This document shows positions 37,406-53,144 of a DNA stretch of 64,000 nucleotides, in pieces. Below the pieces are notes generated by a model. That model had not been told where the DNA came from, searched no databases, and saw nothing but the letters and a program-made list of their open reading frames with translations. Where the stretch lies: NCBI GenBank assembly GCA_951406725.2, contig OX597822.1, forward strand, positions 41,354,001 through 41,418,000, given 5' to 3'. The stretch's first letter is position 1; the number at the start of each line of letters is the position of its first letter. A program made the translations under genes and the position numbers. Source of the stretch: Octopus vulgaris. Lineage: Eukaryota.

Positions 37406-39329
37406 CGTGCGTGCGTGTGTGTGTGTGTGTGTGTGTGTAAGGATTCTTTTACTCTTCCCTTTTTATATTGTTTTCAACATTCATTCCTGTCTCTGTCTCT
37501 TGATTAGTACTAGGTCAGTCCTGATTCGGCAGCTCAATGGATCAGGGAGTTTCAGCCGTGACCATCCCGCTTATCTCTCAAGCAATATTGCTTGTCGAAC
37601 TAAACTGTCTTGCCTTATCCCCATCTTTTCCTAGACATGAGGGTGTAGCTTGGGAAAGATTTGACTATTATTTCTAGCAAAATATTTGATTCGCTTAGCG
37701 CCTCTTATTTCTCTGGCAGACCAGATTAAATAGAATTACGTCCATCGACATTCCGACCATGACTATCATATCGTTTGTTTTCTTTAGGTGTGATATATCT
37801 ATGTATAGGACTACATTATATGATATGTCCTTCCATCCTTAATATATGATTGAGGGAGTTTTAGCTACTATTTCTGGCAGGTTGAACGGAGAGGTCTTTT
37901 GTCGTTTGCCTATGCTACTATCGAAGTTAATGTTTTGTAATTATAATGCCCTTGTGGCAAATACAGCAATTATCATTCTTGCCAATGATGTAGTGCTATA
38001 TTATATGGTTGCTCAGTATGCGAGAAATAACAGTCAAATTTCCCTACAGTCACACTTTACCTTCATGCAAATAGAAAGATATATTAGATAATGCAGTAAG
38101 ACTACCTGACCAAAAGTGGAAATGTCATCGTTGGAGCGGTTTTCTTCATAAACCTGCCTGATCAAGATTGACCAGAATTTAACAACAACAGCAGTATCAG
38201 CAATGAAAGATTGACAGAATAGCTAGAACGCAGAGAAAAATATTTTGCGGTATTTATTTTGGTTGTTTACATTTCGAGTTCAAATCCCGTTCGGGTCATC
38301 TTCATTCCTCTGGAGTCGATATACTAGGTTCGATGGCATCGACTAACCTCCCACTCCCTTAGGCCTAAGAGAGTGGGAGGTAATACGCATGACGCTTTAC
38401 ACACCTCCGAGACTAGGGTGGGGGTCAGAGATGGAGGAAATTATCCTTAAACAGTAGACCAGTTCTGAACACTCCCAAAAGAATGGACCTCGCCAAAGGA
38501 ACTCATAAGGCTAAGTGGCGCTTTTAAACCGGGCAACAGATTTCGTCAACTGCACATGTCGGCGAAAGAACTGGAAAATAAATACACCACAAGGCACCTG
38601 ATCCCAAGTAAATACATCTCCGACAATCCCACTACTATTATTTTTTTTGCTGCTGCTGTTTTGTTTTGAACAACTTTTCTTTTTGTTTACTTCCGATGTT
38701 GGTTTCTGGATGAGCACGATCTTCTATGGATTTTCAAAATTAGATGATAATTTTACATTTTAACAAGCTGGTGAGGCTTTATATCAATTATTGAGAAACT
38801 TTCTTTTCGAAGATAGCAAGATGGCAGAACCGTTAACACACCACAGTAAAAATGTATCGTGGCATTTCATTCGGCTTTACGTTCGATAAAATAAGTATCA
38901 CTTGATCACTGAAGTTGGTCAATCAGTTAGCCCCACTACCCGAAAAATTTCAACTCATGAGAGGTTCAAGAATTAGAAAGAATAATCGAATCATTTTGAA
39001 AACAAAAATGAAATTCTGTCGTATGATGGACGCGATGTTGTTCGATATTAACTCATCATTCAAACTGATTTACTATTTTTATATAATTTTGTCGCATAGC
39101 CTCATTTTACAGACAAATGATTTTTATTTAATTGTTTGCTTGTATGCAAAAATAAGAAAAATATTCGACTTGTCCATAATTAGCGACGGATCAGTATTAG
39201 TTCAGAATAGCACTCTGTATATCTTACTTAATGTGGATATACCATAGAAAGGCACAAAACTGCGGTATTTGCTTTGAGAAAGCGTTTCGTATAGATGTAT
39301 AATGCTAAAAAGCACTGGAAGACACTTGC

Positions 39330-40060
39330 TGCTGATGACGCGTAAATACGCAGAAATCCCGAATCTAGCAACTCCATCGATGCAGCTAGACGTTTTGCGC
39401 CTGCTACTGATAGTTCTGTGCCTTTTGCACAATATACCTTTACCAGATGTTTTCTCAAGATGACTACTGTCGTATTGTAATTTTCTTACGGAGTTTCGGG
39501 TGCTTGCTTCGACGAATTCTGCATTTAATTTCATTGGTGATTACAATCATAGTGATCCTTTTGTCTCCCATATGAATCACATATTCGATCCAGCGCAACT
39601 GCAATTCTATCAGGACACATCCAACTTCAGGGATACTTGCACTCTGCAATACCTCCTGGTTCGAAACGTGGTCTAAGAAATTATTCATTTTCGATCGTAC
39701 CTGGTGCAACTGTCAATTGCTCAACTTTTTGATATGCCAATAATACACTAAGCATAGACCTGAGCGGTATACAACGAACAGGATAGGATTATTACTGTTT
39801 GGTAGACATTTTGTTAACAGTTTTAATACCACGGTATTTCCATAGTCAATCATTGAGCTTGCTGAAAGTGACCGCATGTGGTGGTCCACTTCCGCGTCCA
39901 AACCGTTACCGTCATGAACCGCGCTGCCCAAATATATGAGCAGTTTCACCATAGTAAGTGAATGAATCGTAATCTTAATTGGCGGTTCGTATTCCAGCAC
40001 TCTATGTTTAGGCCAGTCCAGGACCTTAGTGCTTTTTTTTTTTACATTTATTGATAAACT
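39330..40060 (-). mobile_element. RTE-clade LINE RT/C-terminal relic
   Basis: IYLGSAVHDGNGLDAEVDH, VSNQEVLQSASIP, QLRWIEYVIHMGDKRI, RSKHPKLR. Confidence 0.75.
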
Positions 40061-40299
40061 TTAAGATGTCACTGTACATACATGATTAAATTTCAGCGAT
40101 CTTAGATATGAGACAATATGATTTCTTAGATATGAGACAATAGAGCTGAGTTTATATGATTTCTTAGATATGAGTCAATAGAGCTGAGTGAGCAACAAAA
40201 AGAAATTCACGAATACAAATATGGCGGCATTTCCTGGTGGATCTTAGGCAAGTTGTTGAACTCCTGTAGGTAGCACATACACACACACACACACACACA

Positions 40300-40396
<97 letters not shown>

Positions 40397-40724
40397 CACT
40401 CACTCACGATATGAAGTAATACAAACTATTATAGAATAGATACTGTTACACGGAGATTCCTGCTTAATTAAGCAATTAATTGTACTTTCGTCAAACAATT
40501 TATACTTACATGCCCGTCCGTTCTTACATATTTTCTCTATTAACATACTAATGATCTCTCATATCAGCTCTCTTGGCACCCACTAACTTTCCTGGTGTCT
40601 TTTCACAGATATTTTCTTCACTTCATCCTTTCCTTTCTGTTTAACGACTCACCACAACCCTCTCTTCCTTTTTCATTCCCCCTCTTCTTCTGTCCCCTTC
40701 ATCTGTTTTACCTTATCTCCCCAG

Positions 40725-40882
40725 CTGTCTGATAAGTAGCTTGCTTACCAACCACATGGTTCCGGGTTCAGTCCCACTGCGTGGCACCTTAGGCAACTGC
40801 CTTCTACTATAGCCTCGGGCCGACCAAAGCCTTGTGAGTGGATTTAGTAGACGGAAACTCAAAGAAGCCCGTCGTGTATATG

Positions 40883-40955
<73 letters not shown>

Positions 40956-41155
40956 CTGTGTTTGTGTTTGTCCCCGACATCGCTTGACAACCGATACTGG
41001 TGTGTTTTCCCCGTAACTTAGCGGTTCGGAAAAAGCCACCGATAGAATAAGTACAAGGCTTACAAATAATAAGTCCTGGGGTCGATTTGCTCGACTAAAG
41101 GTGGTGCTCCAGCATGGCCACAGTCAAATGACTGAAACAAGTAAAAGAGTAAAAG
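40725..41155 (+). mobile_element. SINE family A
   Basis: Matches the family consensus with the head slightly truncated. Confidence 0.88.
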
Positions 41156-41549
41156 TGTAGAAGAGTGCCTTCTATTTTCGTTTCTTTTTTCAGTTCACTT
41201 TACCCTGAAAGGACACAACTCATTTTATTTCAGATCAGTGTCCTTTACAACGCTCATATGCCAACATGCAACTACTGGAAGTTTTCTGTATATATTTGAA
41301 TATCCTAATTTCAGTTGGATCGCCGGAACTTTCTACCGAATGCTTGACTAATTGCTAATTTGGAAACCCAGAGTAACTACACATATGTGTGTGTATGTAT
41401 GTGAGTATGTGTGTGTGCACGCGCGTGTGTACACCTACACTCATATATATGGTGGCGGTGATGGTGGTGATGTTGACTTCGACGATGACAACAATAATGA
41501 TGATGGTGGTGTCGTCGACCATGTTCAAGTTGATGTTAATGAAAAAGAG

Positions 41550-41700
<151 letters not shown>

Positions 41701-42774
41701 TTTAAATATGAACGAAATATGAGGACACCACATACGTGGTGAAGCCAGAAGTCTGAAGGAAAAAGTTTCCATCGATTAAAGCTAAGAGCATAAGCGCCAT
41801 CTTGCGGCCGTCCTACACACTAAACAACTCCTCTAATGGACGGATATTTGATGATCATTGTTTTACCATTTGTCTAGTAATACGACCACTTCCACAGTAC
41901 AACACATGATTAATATAATATGTCCGTGTATCTCTCTCCACCGGCGTGTGTATGTGTGTGTATGCAGTGCTGATATGTATGCATATGTGTGTTTATAGAG
42001 ATATGTGTGCGTGTGTGTAGAGCGGATATATGTGAGTGTGCTTGTTTCGGATTAAGTGTTTGTAAGCGTGCGTTGGTCTCTGTACTGTAAAGTGGAATTT
42101 TGATGTATGGGAGATATGCGTTACGCATATTTACATGCGCATATGCATGTGTGCATAGCTCTTTCTCGGTGTGTGCATTAGGATGTGCTGATAAATTCGT
42201 GTGTGTATGTGTGTGCGCGCGTGTGTGTGTGTGTGTGTGCGCATGTGTGTGTGCGTGTGTGTGTGTTGTATTACATGGTAAAATATGCCGATATCATTTG
42301 TGACGGTGCTCATCTGCCAGTGCGCATCTATGTGTATATTTAAGCATGTGTGTGTTTGTGCGTGTGTGTGTGTGTGTGTGTTGAAGTTTGTATGCACTTC
42401 TACTAATGTATCTTGTTGCTGTAGCTTAACACAGGTTCAGCTCTGATTCAGCAAGCCCATGGTTAAGCGCCTTCCAGTCGTAACCATCCCGACTTACAAC
42501 AGCTATATAATTTCTAAAAGTACAGCATTCTATGTGTCCTTTCAGTATTAAGACAGTGAGGTGTAATTTGAAGAAGATTTGACAGCTATTTCTTGCATAC
42601 TCGTTTGTCTTATTTAAATCTCATGTAATATCTAAGCTGAGGTTACCGCCATGACAGTGCACAAGGCAGTTTTAGATGACATACTAAATCTAGTTATTTT
42701 CCCTCTTATTGTGCGTTTAGTTCTCGTCGATGTCAACTTTATCTTTCAATACACCGAAGGTTGATAAATAATAC

Positions 42775-42960
42775 CTATTTCTTTACTGCCCACAAGGGGC
42801 TAAACACAGAGAGGACAAACAAGGACAGGCAAATGGATTAAGTCGATTATATCGACCACAGTACGCAACTGGTACTTATTTAATCGACCCCGAAAGGATG
42901 AAAGGCAAATTCAACCTCGGCGGAATTTGAACTCAGAACGTAGCGGCAGACAAAATACCG
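42775..42960 (-). mobile_element. SINE family B headless ~184-nt unit with TSD
   Basis: Flanked by direct repeat GTTGATAAATAATACC (42760-42775, 42960-42975). Confidence 0.85.
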
Positions 42961-42974
42961 TTGATAAATAATAC

Positions 42975-43406
42975 CAGCGCTGGATTAGTCATTAAGCAAA
43001 ATAAGCACTTGCTTGGGGCATCAACTGAAGGGGATGCTCCACAGAAACAGTAAATGGTTTACGGCACAAAAGAATATCACTTTAAACTTGCTAAAATGAA
43101 ATATCTGAAGTGATTTATATGATCGGAAGTGCTTATATTTCGAAGTGTTCGTGGTGTCAGAGTAGGGATCTGATCAAATACTTTGCAATTAAAGAAAGTA
43201 CATGAAAAATTTTCAAATATAGATAATGTAGAATTATACAAAAATACACATTATTTTCAATTTTAATGTTAGTTTTGTTTCATTTTGAAAAATAAAATTT
43301 AATTTTATGATTATTATTATTGTTTATATTTTGAATTACACATATATATGAGGACACCAAGATCTTTTAAGTGCTTAGGGCCTCTATGAGTCTTAATCTG
43401 GCCCTG
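42975..43406. mobile_element. hAT MITE (CAGGGCCGGATTA-type TIR)
   Basis: CAGCGCTGGATTA ... TAATCTGGCCCTG with 8-bp TSD AATAATAC/AATAATAT. Confidence 0.82.
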
Positions 43407-43430
43407 AATAATATATTTACATACATAAAC

Positions 43431-43526
<96 letters not shown>

Positions 43527-44059
43527 CTTCACATTTAAACAAGTATCAATTCGCTAGTTATGGTTTTTCGCTTTTACACCAATGTTTTTGTTTATGCTTC
43601 CATATAGAGGATCCCTGCAATTTGTTTGAAACAGAAAAATCTCCCCTGCATTTCTAGATCTTTACAAGCTCATCTTCAGGACGAAGGGATGTTAGTGGGT
43701 TACTGCCTCTCTATAGTAGTTGGCAGATCCAGTTACCGGCAGGATTGGAATTTGGGCTATTGGATTCATGAGTTATCAGGCAAATGTTTGTTTATGTTCG
43801 TGACTGGTGTGTGTTATCTGTTTTCTTATTTTAACATTGTGTTATGTTATGAGTGTGGCCTCCATCATTAAACGTCTCTACTGTGTTGAATTATGCAAAG
43901 TATGCGGATATTGTTTACTCATATTTACCTATCTAAACTAAACGCAAAGTCGATAACTGACGAAGCAAAATACACATCTGAAAGATGACGTATAAAATTT
44001 AATATTCAATTAAAATTTTGGCTAAAACATCCCATACATACACACATAATGTAGAGAAG

Positions 44060-44096
<37 letters not shown>

Positions 44097-44578
44097 TTTC
44101 TCCCTCTCTTTGTGAAACCTATTTATTTATCATAGCAATGGATAATGTTATTAAACGACTATTATTATTATCAAAACACGTATATCCAAAATTGTTGTTT
44201 TACTTGATGTTATAGAAAAGGCATCGTCGCATCTGATCATAGTAAGCGGCTTACACTATATATTTATATTTGTATATGTATAAATATATATGTATATTTA
44301 TTCATATTTATATATATATATACATATATATATATATTTATATTTATATTTATATTTATACACACACACATACACACACACAGACATATATGAATAATAG
44401 GAATATATATTGAGCATTTAACACCGTTCTTGGCATTTTTTTGCAAAACACTGAAGAGATAACTGAACATGATTATATAATGTTTCAAAAACAAAATATA
44501 TAATCCAGGCAGCAATGTCAAGAAACGCGTATATAAAGCATAAAATACCATGCATGCTTAATATGTCTTAGTAATATG

Positions 44579-44614
<36 letters not shown>

Positions 44615-44690
44615 GTATATATGTATATATATGTATATATATATATATATATGTATGTATATGTATATATATGTATATATATATACATAC

Positions 44691-44724
<34 letters not shown>

Positions 44725-44853
44725 GTTTGTATATGTGTGTGTATATATATATATGTATGTATATGTATATATATGTATATACATACATACATACATACAT
44801 ACATATACATATATACATGTTTGCGTATGTGTTTCTATGTATATGTATATATA

Positions 44854-44896
<43 letters not shown>

Positions 44897-45104
44897 ACAC
44901 ACACACACATATATACATAAACACACAAGCACTCACACACATGTATGCGTGTGCGTGTGTGTGCATTAGTATTTTATATGAAGAAATGATTGATAGTTTC
45001 TGTCATTCTTCTGAATGTAAAAATATACTTGAATGTATTGAACAGTCTTTCATCTATACATTCACCCATCTGTCTGTCCGTCTGTCATATATATACATAT
45101 ATAT

Positions 45105-45506
45105 AGGCGCAGGAGTGGCTGTGTGGTAAGTAGTTTGCTTACCAACCACATGGTTCCGGGTTCAGTCCCACTGCGTGGCACCTTGGGCAAGTGTCTTCTA
45201 CTATAGCCTCGGGCCGACCAAAGCCTTGTGAGTGGATTTGGTAGACGGAAACTGAAAGAAGCCCGTCGTATATATGTATATATATATATATATATGCGTG
45301 TGTGTGTTTGTGTGTCTGTGTTTGTCCCCCCAACATCGCTTGACAACCGATGCTGGTGTATTTATGTCCCCGTCACTTAGCGGTTCGGCAAAATAGACCG
45401 ATAGAATAAGTACTGGGCTTACAAAGAATAAGTCCCGGGGTCGAGCTGCTCGATTAAAGGCGGTGCACCAGCATGGCCGCAGTCAAAATGACTGAAACAA
45501 GTAAAA
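45105..45506 (+). mobile_element. SINE family A, full length
   Basis: Complete head to tail. Confidence 0.9.
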
Positions 45507-45567
45507 AATATATATATACATTTATACAAACATACATATATATTTATAAATGCTCACATACACACAC

Positions 45568-45604
<37 letters not shown>

Positions 45605-45640
45605 ATATATATATATTTATAAATGCTCACACACACACAC

Positions 45641-45736
<96 letters not shown>

Positions 45737-47388
45737 TATATATGCATAAATATAATATGTATGTAAATATGCGTGTGTGAATGAGCTTTTTTACATCACA
45801 ATATATAGGCGTTTAGCATAAATGAAGGATAGGTTAACCGCTGCTGAGAACACTATTTCATATAGAACTCAATACGAAATGCAAAATCCGACCTTTTTAT
45901 ATGATAAGAAATTTTTACATTTACTCTATAAGACGTGCCATATGGCCGGCTCAATTAGTCTGTAGCTTGAAAGGTTAAAGTTTTCACTTAGAAGGGAAAG
46001 AAAATAGGAATGGCTAACTATTCATAGAGGATGCTAAATAGGTTGTAAGAGGGGTGAGAGGATGAAGAGATATGGAAGAATGGTAACGAGGGTAGGTCAT
46101 GGTTGGTCAACTGTTCGAGAAAACAGATGTAAAACCAGGCGGTGCGGGTGGGGTGTATTTGAGATGTTCTTATGAAGATACCAAGGGAAAGTCAAATAAT
46201 TCCGGAAAAAAAATATAACAGAATAGAAATGCGATCTGTCTCACCATACGATTCAGGTTTTAATTCTATAATGTGATGAATGCTTTTTAGAATTACAGCA
46301 TAAACAGTTGCCACAACACACAAATAATAGAAACTACTGCCCCGGAATTGTAAATCTTTTATACACCAATTCTAAGAATTTTGGATATATATTAGTTAGT
46401 ACTAACCAACCCAAATTTTTTTACTGAATTCTCACACACATACATACATTAGCATCAGCTTTTGCATCTTCTGTAGAAACATTTTGACAAAAAAATTTAA
46501 CATACTCTACAACTATCCTTACCAACTCTACTAAAATGTCATACTTGAGGCTTTCGGATAAACTACTGTAAAACAGATTGTATAAGCATAGCCATTCATT
46601 CCGCAAATACAATAAGAAGACAGGTGACTCTTTTTAAGTTAAAAAATACTGAAACATTTCTTAGAAAATCAACAGGAAGCTACTTTCTTTCCTTAAGCCC
46701 TAAATAGTAACAAATATTTTTGTGATTTTGCGTTTCTGAATATCCTAAAATCCTTTTCTCCGACTTAAACCTGCTTAATAAATAGAACCAATTAATTTCT
46801 GTGTGTGAAATAAGAAGTTTAAACCAATGCTAATTACTAGCTGGTTACATTCCCCACTATGCAGTAGGGAAACAGATGTTATTGCTACAGTCAGCCATCA
46901 ATTGCAAAGAATTATAACTTGTTCACATGTACCATATATTCGTTAATTGTTTCAGATGTCTATGTAGTCGCGAGCAGACCTAGACACGTGCTTCCATTCA
47001 CCATCGTCTCAGTGGAACATCAAGGGTATAGCAACTATAAGAAAAGAGGGTAACACCAGCACCCAGAATGATACCCTTTTTTATAGCTGTGTAGTAGAAT
47101 GTAGGAACGTGAAATAAAGCCCCATAATTAAGGATACAATGCGCCGATGGTACAGTTTTTGAAACCACAACCTTAAGGTTGTAAACTGACACACCTTAAT
47201 CACTAAATCACATGACTTCTTATTACTTCTACTAAGACTCTATAACATTTTACTAACTAAAATTTAACTTGCCAAACGACAGTCTGATTGAGCTGGGCAT
47301 ACAGTGAAACTTATTTTCTGTACAGTATTTGTATATGTATGCATAATACACACACCACACACGCATGTATTTGTGTGTATATATATAT

Positions 47389-47561
47389 AGGCGCAGGAGT
47401 GGCTGTGTGGTAAGTAGCTTGCTTACCAACAACATGGTTCGGGGTTCAGTCCCACTGCATGGCATCTTGGGCAAGTGTCTTCTGCTATAGCCTCGGGCCG
47501 ACCAAAGCCTTGTGAGTGGATTTGGTAGACGGAAACTGAAAAGAAGCTCGTCGTATATATG

Positions 47562-47596
<35 letters not shown>

Positions 47597-47785
47597 TTGT
47601 GTGTCTGTGTTTGTCTCCCTAGCATTGCTTGACAACCGATGCTGGTGTGTTTGTGTCCCCGATACTTAGCGGTTCGGCAAAAGAGACCGATAGAATAAGT
47701 ACTGGGCTTGCAAAAAGAAAAAGTCCCGGGGTCGAGTTGCTCGATTAAAGGCGGTGCTCCAGCATGGCCGCAGTAAAAGAGTGAA
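47389..47785 (+). mobile_element. SINE family A, full length
   Basis: Complete head to tail. Confidence 0.9.
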
Positions 47786-47815
47786 AGAGTGATATATATA
47801 TATATATATATATAT

Positions 47816-47904
<89 letters not shown>

Positions 47905-47965
47905 AAGACAGACAGACAGATAGATAGATAAAACTTATTTGGAAAAGGACGCGTGGCGTTCAATA

Positions 47966-48014
<49 letters not shown>

Positions 48015-48356
48015 CGTATACGTACATACATGTATTTCTACATACATATGCATATGTGGGCACAGGACGTCACAAAACATAAACAACAAAAAATACGAAT
48101 TATTTATATTTATATATCTTTATATATATATACACACACACACTGGCATAAAAAATATATGAAACAAAAATTAGAGATTGTTACAGCGAGTCACTCAAGT
48201 GAAGAAAGTTGCTATATTTACCAACTCGCAAACGCTAGTTGAGATCTTATTTATTGAAACCCAACATCACTAATCAATACATCTCTATACATTTATGATA
48301 TGTTGTAAAATATTGTATTATAATGATATATTGTATAATATTGTAGTATGCGAGAT

Positions 48357-48403
<47 letters not shown>

Positions 48404-48890
48404 ACACACACACACACACATACGCACAAACACATACAAAACTCTTACAAAGACAAGATTGACTGTGACTTCGCAGTTTCGGTTAACTCGTCTTTATGGG
48501 ACTGAGTTTAGCCTGGATTCTTCTTGGGCTTATATAGTCTTTGGCCAGTCGTTATAATAGGTAGGAGGAGCTATGTGAATAACGAGGTGTCATGTAGTCA
48601 GACCGGGGAAGTAAGTGTATATCGTATAAGTGTATAGACGAAGAAATGAAGAAATTATGTTTGTAGGATGTGGGTTGCTAGAAAGTTATAACGAAGCAAT
48701 AAATTTTAGTTTGATAAAATTCTTTTATTTGGGATCCATTCAATAGTGACAGCCAAGGTGTAAACAGATGTGTTAAATTCAAGAATCGATTATTCTTGTA
48801 AAAGTAAAAAGAAACATGTACTCTACTAAGTAATCATTCATTTTAATTCAATAGTCCTTTTGTATGTATACATATATGTACGTAATTATG

Positions 48891-48962
<72 letters not shown>

Positions 48963-49671
48963 TATATGTATATATACATATATATGTGTGTGTGTGTATG
49001 TATGTATGCATATATACAAATAGATATATAATAATCAAGTGATGAAGGTGTATCGCAGCATTAACAGGCTTGGTGCAAAGCAAAGGAGAAAAGCGACTGT
49101 AAATATACTGCATGCATTGACCGGTTATTCCCCCATACTTGCAACATCTCTGGCCTTCTTTGCAAATCGTTGGTGGGACTTAACTGTCACATTCGACATA
49201 AGCATTATGACTGACAAAGAAAGTGTAGGTTGTCGGATCCTCATACGTCGAAACCTACGACGAGAGAGAGAGAGAGACAGAGAGAGAGGGAGGTGGGGGA
49301 CGAGGATAGGGATTTTGTTTTATGTACCTAGTTTTAAAGCTGGTGTTGTTTATGTTGTATCTTTCTATTTTCTATAAACTATATTCGATAAATAGATCGA
49401 TAATGCAAGAGCACCATATCAAAGTAAATACCAGAATTGATATGATCAACGAAGGTCATGAATCAAGTCTAATAGATCATATCATTAAGCGTGTGAAAGA
49501 AAATAAAACAATCTCTTTTCATTGATTTGATTTTCAATAGTGATCGGTGAAATGTTATTGATTATGTATATCGAACCTAACAGGATTCGAACTTGTAACT
49601 CTTATCGAAAGCATTTTCTGTTCAAATCAATGAAGTGATTAGTCGGATACGTTATATATTATATTATTCTC

Positions 49672-50083
49672 TCGGTCGAAGGATCGCGGTTTCGATTCCC
49701 AGACCGGACATTGTGAGTGTTTATTGGGCGAAAACACCTAAAGCTCCACGAGGCTCCGACAGAGAGTGGTGGTGAACCCTGCTGTACTCTTTCACCACAA
49801 CTTTCTCTCACATTTTCTTCTGAATCTCCCTGAGAACTACGTTAAGGGTACACGTGTCTGTGGAGTGCTCAGCCACTTGCACGTTGATAAATGAGCTGCG
49901 AAGTCACTGGTGCTAAACTGTATCGGCCTTTGTCTTTCTCTTGGATAACATCGGTGGTGTGGAGAGGGAAGGATGGTATGCATGGGTGACTGCTGGTCTT
50001 CCATAAAAAACCTTGCCCAGATTTGAGCCTCGGAGGGTAACTTTCTAGGTGCAATCCCATGGTCATTCATGACCGAAAGGGGT
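49672..50083 (+). mobile_element. SINE family C, tail type 3
   Basis: Family C head and body to ~49820, then a tail unrelated to types 1 and 2. Confidence 0.8.
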
Positions 50084-50255
50084 CACACACAATGTCGCAT
50101 TATATTATATTATGTCACATTATATCATATTTCATTATGTTATATTATATTATATCATATTACATTTCATTATATTATGTTATATATTATATTACAACAT
50201 ATTTTATTATATTACGTGATATTGTATTATGTAACGATTTAAACAAATATTTTAT

Positions 50256-51090
50256 TACGCTGACGATACAAATAACAGGCAACAAAGAACACTGACGATG
50301 TTGCTAGCTTGCAGCGGGACCTAAATACAGAACAGAAGTGGGCAGAAGAAAATAAAATGCAGTTTAATGTTGCAAAATTTCAAGAACTGTGCTATCAGCT
50401 CACAAATGCATCATAGCCTCCATAGGCAGGACACGAAGCATTACAATCCTAGAGTCACAGACAGAGAGAGACTTGGGTATCAGTATGTGTAATGCTGCAA
50501 CATTTTATGTGCAAGTTACCAAGATGGCAACAAAGTGTAGGTAATTGGTTAGATGGATACTAATGTCCTTCAGGACAAGGGACCAAGAAATCATGTTGAT
50601 GCTATGGCAGACCTTTGTTCTTAGACGCCTAGGTAACTCATTTGTGGTCACCGCATACAGTCAGACTAAAAATAGTGCAAGAAGCGATCCCACGCTGTTT
50701 CACTAAAAGATTGTCACAGTTCAGTAAACTCCTGAGAGAAGCTGAAAAGACTATTAGTTTGCTCTCATGTGGAAAACTCTAGAAGGGCTAGTGAATAACT
50801 TTGGCATCAAGAGTTATACAAATGCCCGTATTGGTCACCACTGAAGAGTACCAAAAGCACTGTCCACTGCGCCCACAAGGATCAGTTACTGCAATAGATT
50901 ATAGTTCAAATGCTCATAGTTCCTTATACCTAGCCAAAAGAATTAAGAAACCTAGACGATGTAGATGAGCATGTCTTCAAAAAGGAACTGGACATTCTCC
51001 TATGCACAATATCAGAGGAACGAATGTTCCCGCACGAGATATACACGAGGGCAGCAGTGTCAGACTCCCTCATACACCAAATGAGTCAGT
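50256..51090 (+). mobile_element. CR1-group LINE RT 3' relic
   Basis: YADDT, LQRDLN..KWAEENKMQFNVAKFQ, ERDLGI, WILMSFRTRDQEIMLMLWQTFV, FKKELDILL. Confidence 0.8.
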
Positions 51091-51234
51091 AACCAGATAA
51101 AAAGCACATGCATGAATGAAGACATGAAATCCCCTCACCCAGTAGAACTCAACCGCAAAAGAAGGAGGTTGTGGCAAGTAACGTTAACACACCAGCATGA
51201 CAGCAGCTGCATGGTTGAAACCCAAGATTTATAT

Positions 51235-51410
<176 letters not shown>

Positions 51411-51643
51411 TATAAATTCAAATTTCGATGAACGTAAACAAACAAACGAAGCTTGCTTTAGAAGCGCTGAGATGTCCTAGAAAGCCAAAGAACTGATTTT
51501 AAATTCTCAAACGCAGGATAATACTAATAATATAGCCTATATAATGCTATAAATATAGCTATATAATACTATATAACGTAGCCTGTTCAGGCTATATTAT
51601 TAGCTTTATCCTACATTTGAGAATTCAAAATCACTATATATAA

Positions 51644-51676
<33 letters not shown>

Positions 51677-51679
<3 letters not shown>

Positions 51680-51911
51680 GGTGTTCAAAACGTCTCTTCA
51701 CAGTAAGTTTTTTTATCACAAAAAAATATTTGTAAGATGGTATAAGACTACAAAAGAATATACCAGACTTTACAAGACTTGAAAACACTTTATAAGAGGT
51801 GGTGAAAGTGTCGTCCTTCATTTTCAATACATAAGTTGACTCGTCTACACATGTTTTGAAATACAATTCTTTGAAAAAGATTTACTACAGAGAGACTTTT
51901 GGAACACTTTG
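51677..51911 (-). mobile_element. Tc1/mariner-superfamily MITE retaining the transposase C-terminus
   Basis: TIRs CACGGTGTTCAAAACGTCTCT / AGAGACTTTTGGAACACTTTG; minus strand FQNMCRRVNLCIENEGRHFHHLL*. Confidence 0.7.
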
Positions 51912-51940
51912 TGTGTGTGGTTATATATATATATATATAT

Positions 51941-52014
<74 letters not shown>

Positions 52015-52682
52015 TTGTATCAGAGCCGACCTTGGGGAGAGAGAGAGAGGGGGGAGAGAGAGAGAGGGGAGAGAGAGAGAGGGGGGGAGAGAGAGAGAGT
52101 CATTGAAAAAGTCGCTAAATGATCGATTAGGTAGTTGGTTAGATATTTAATCAATTGATTAATACTAAACAACTGATATTGAACCAATACGAGTGTAATT
52201 TTTATTGGCGTAACGACCCTCCCAAGATACAAAGAGAAATATATATATATATATATCTACAACAAGTATATTTTTCCTGGGATGACTGACTGACCAAATA
52301 CTGTATGAAATCTAAGGCAGACACCATTCTGAATGTAGTGTTCTTCACTTTTTGTCAGCGAGTACGGTTAAATTGAAAATCATTTGGCTACTATTTCTAC
52401 TTGTTAACCGAGCTGCATCCTCGGTACACAGTCAAGTCCAGAGAAGGTCAAACAGTTCAAGCTATTTTTTCCGTACACACCCTCACAAAGACCAAAATAT
52501 GTTTCTGCTCTGGTAACAAGTTTAATTAATGTATTTACAAATAGATAATTCATGTCGGTACTCTTACAGACACACAACGTAATTAGACAACATAATTGTA
52601 TATGTGCGTATACACGTACACTGTTCCAGATAAGACATGGCCTGGGCCAATACTGGCCAAAACCTTTCTAAGTTATTCTAAG

Positions 52683-52713
<31 letters not shown>

Positions 52714-52873
52714 CATACATACATACATACATACATACATACATACATACACACGTATGTACATATATACATACATGCACATGTATATATATATGTATAT
52801 ATATATATATAACGTATATATATATACGCATATTTATATGTATACATCTACATCTATTTTTATCTATCTATCA

Positions 52874-52913
<40 letters not shown>

Positions 52914-53011
52914 ATACGTACGTGTGTGTGAGTGTGTGTATGTGTTTGAGCGTATACTGAAAATATTATTCACCAACACAACGCACTCCTTATTTATGAC
53001 CTATATGTATG

Positions 53012-53144
<133 letters not shown>

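Noticed and set aside
40100-40190. Short 23/41-bp tandem duplications, also at 45543-45700 and 24564-24598
   Set aside because: Ordinary slippage products.
45834-45978. TTAA-flanked piggyBac-like MITE
   Set aside because: Only 2-3 bp of terminal complementarity.
46380-47210. Unique-looking sequence with short ORFs, also 48470-49260 and 63150-64000
   Set aside because: No interpretable protein motifs apart from a weak FFYLGS at ~48720; likely very old retroelement debris.
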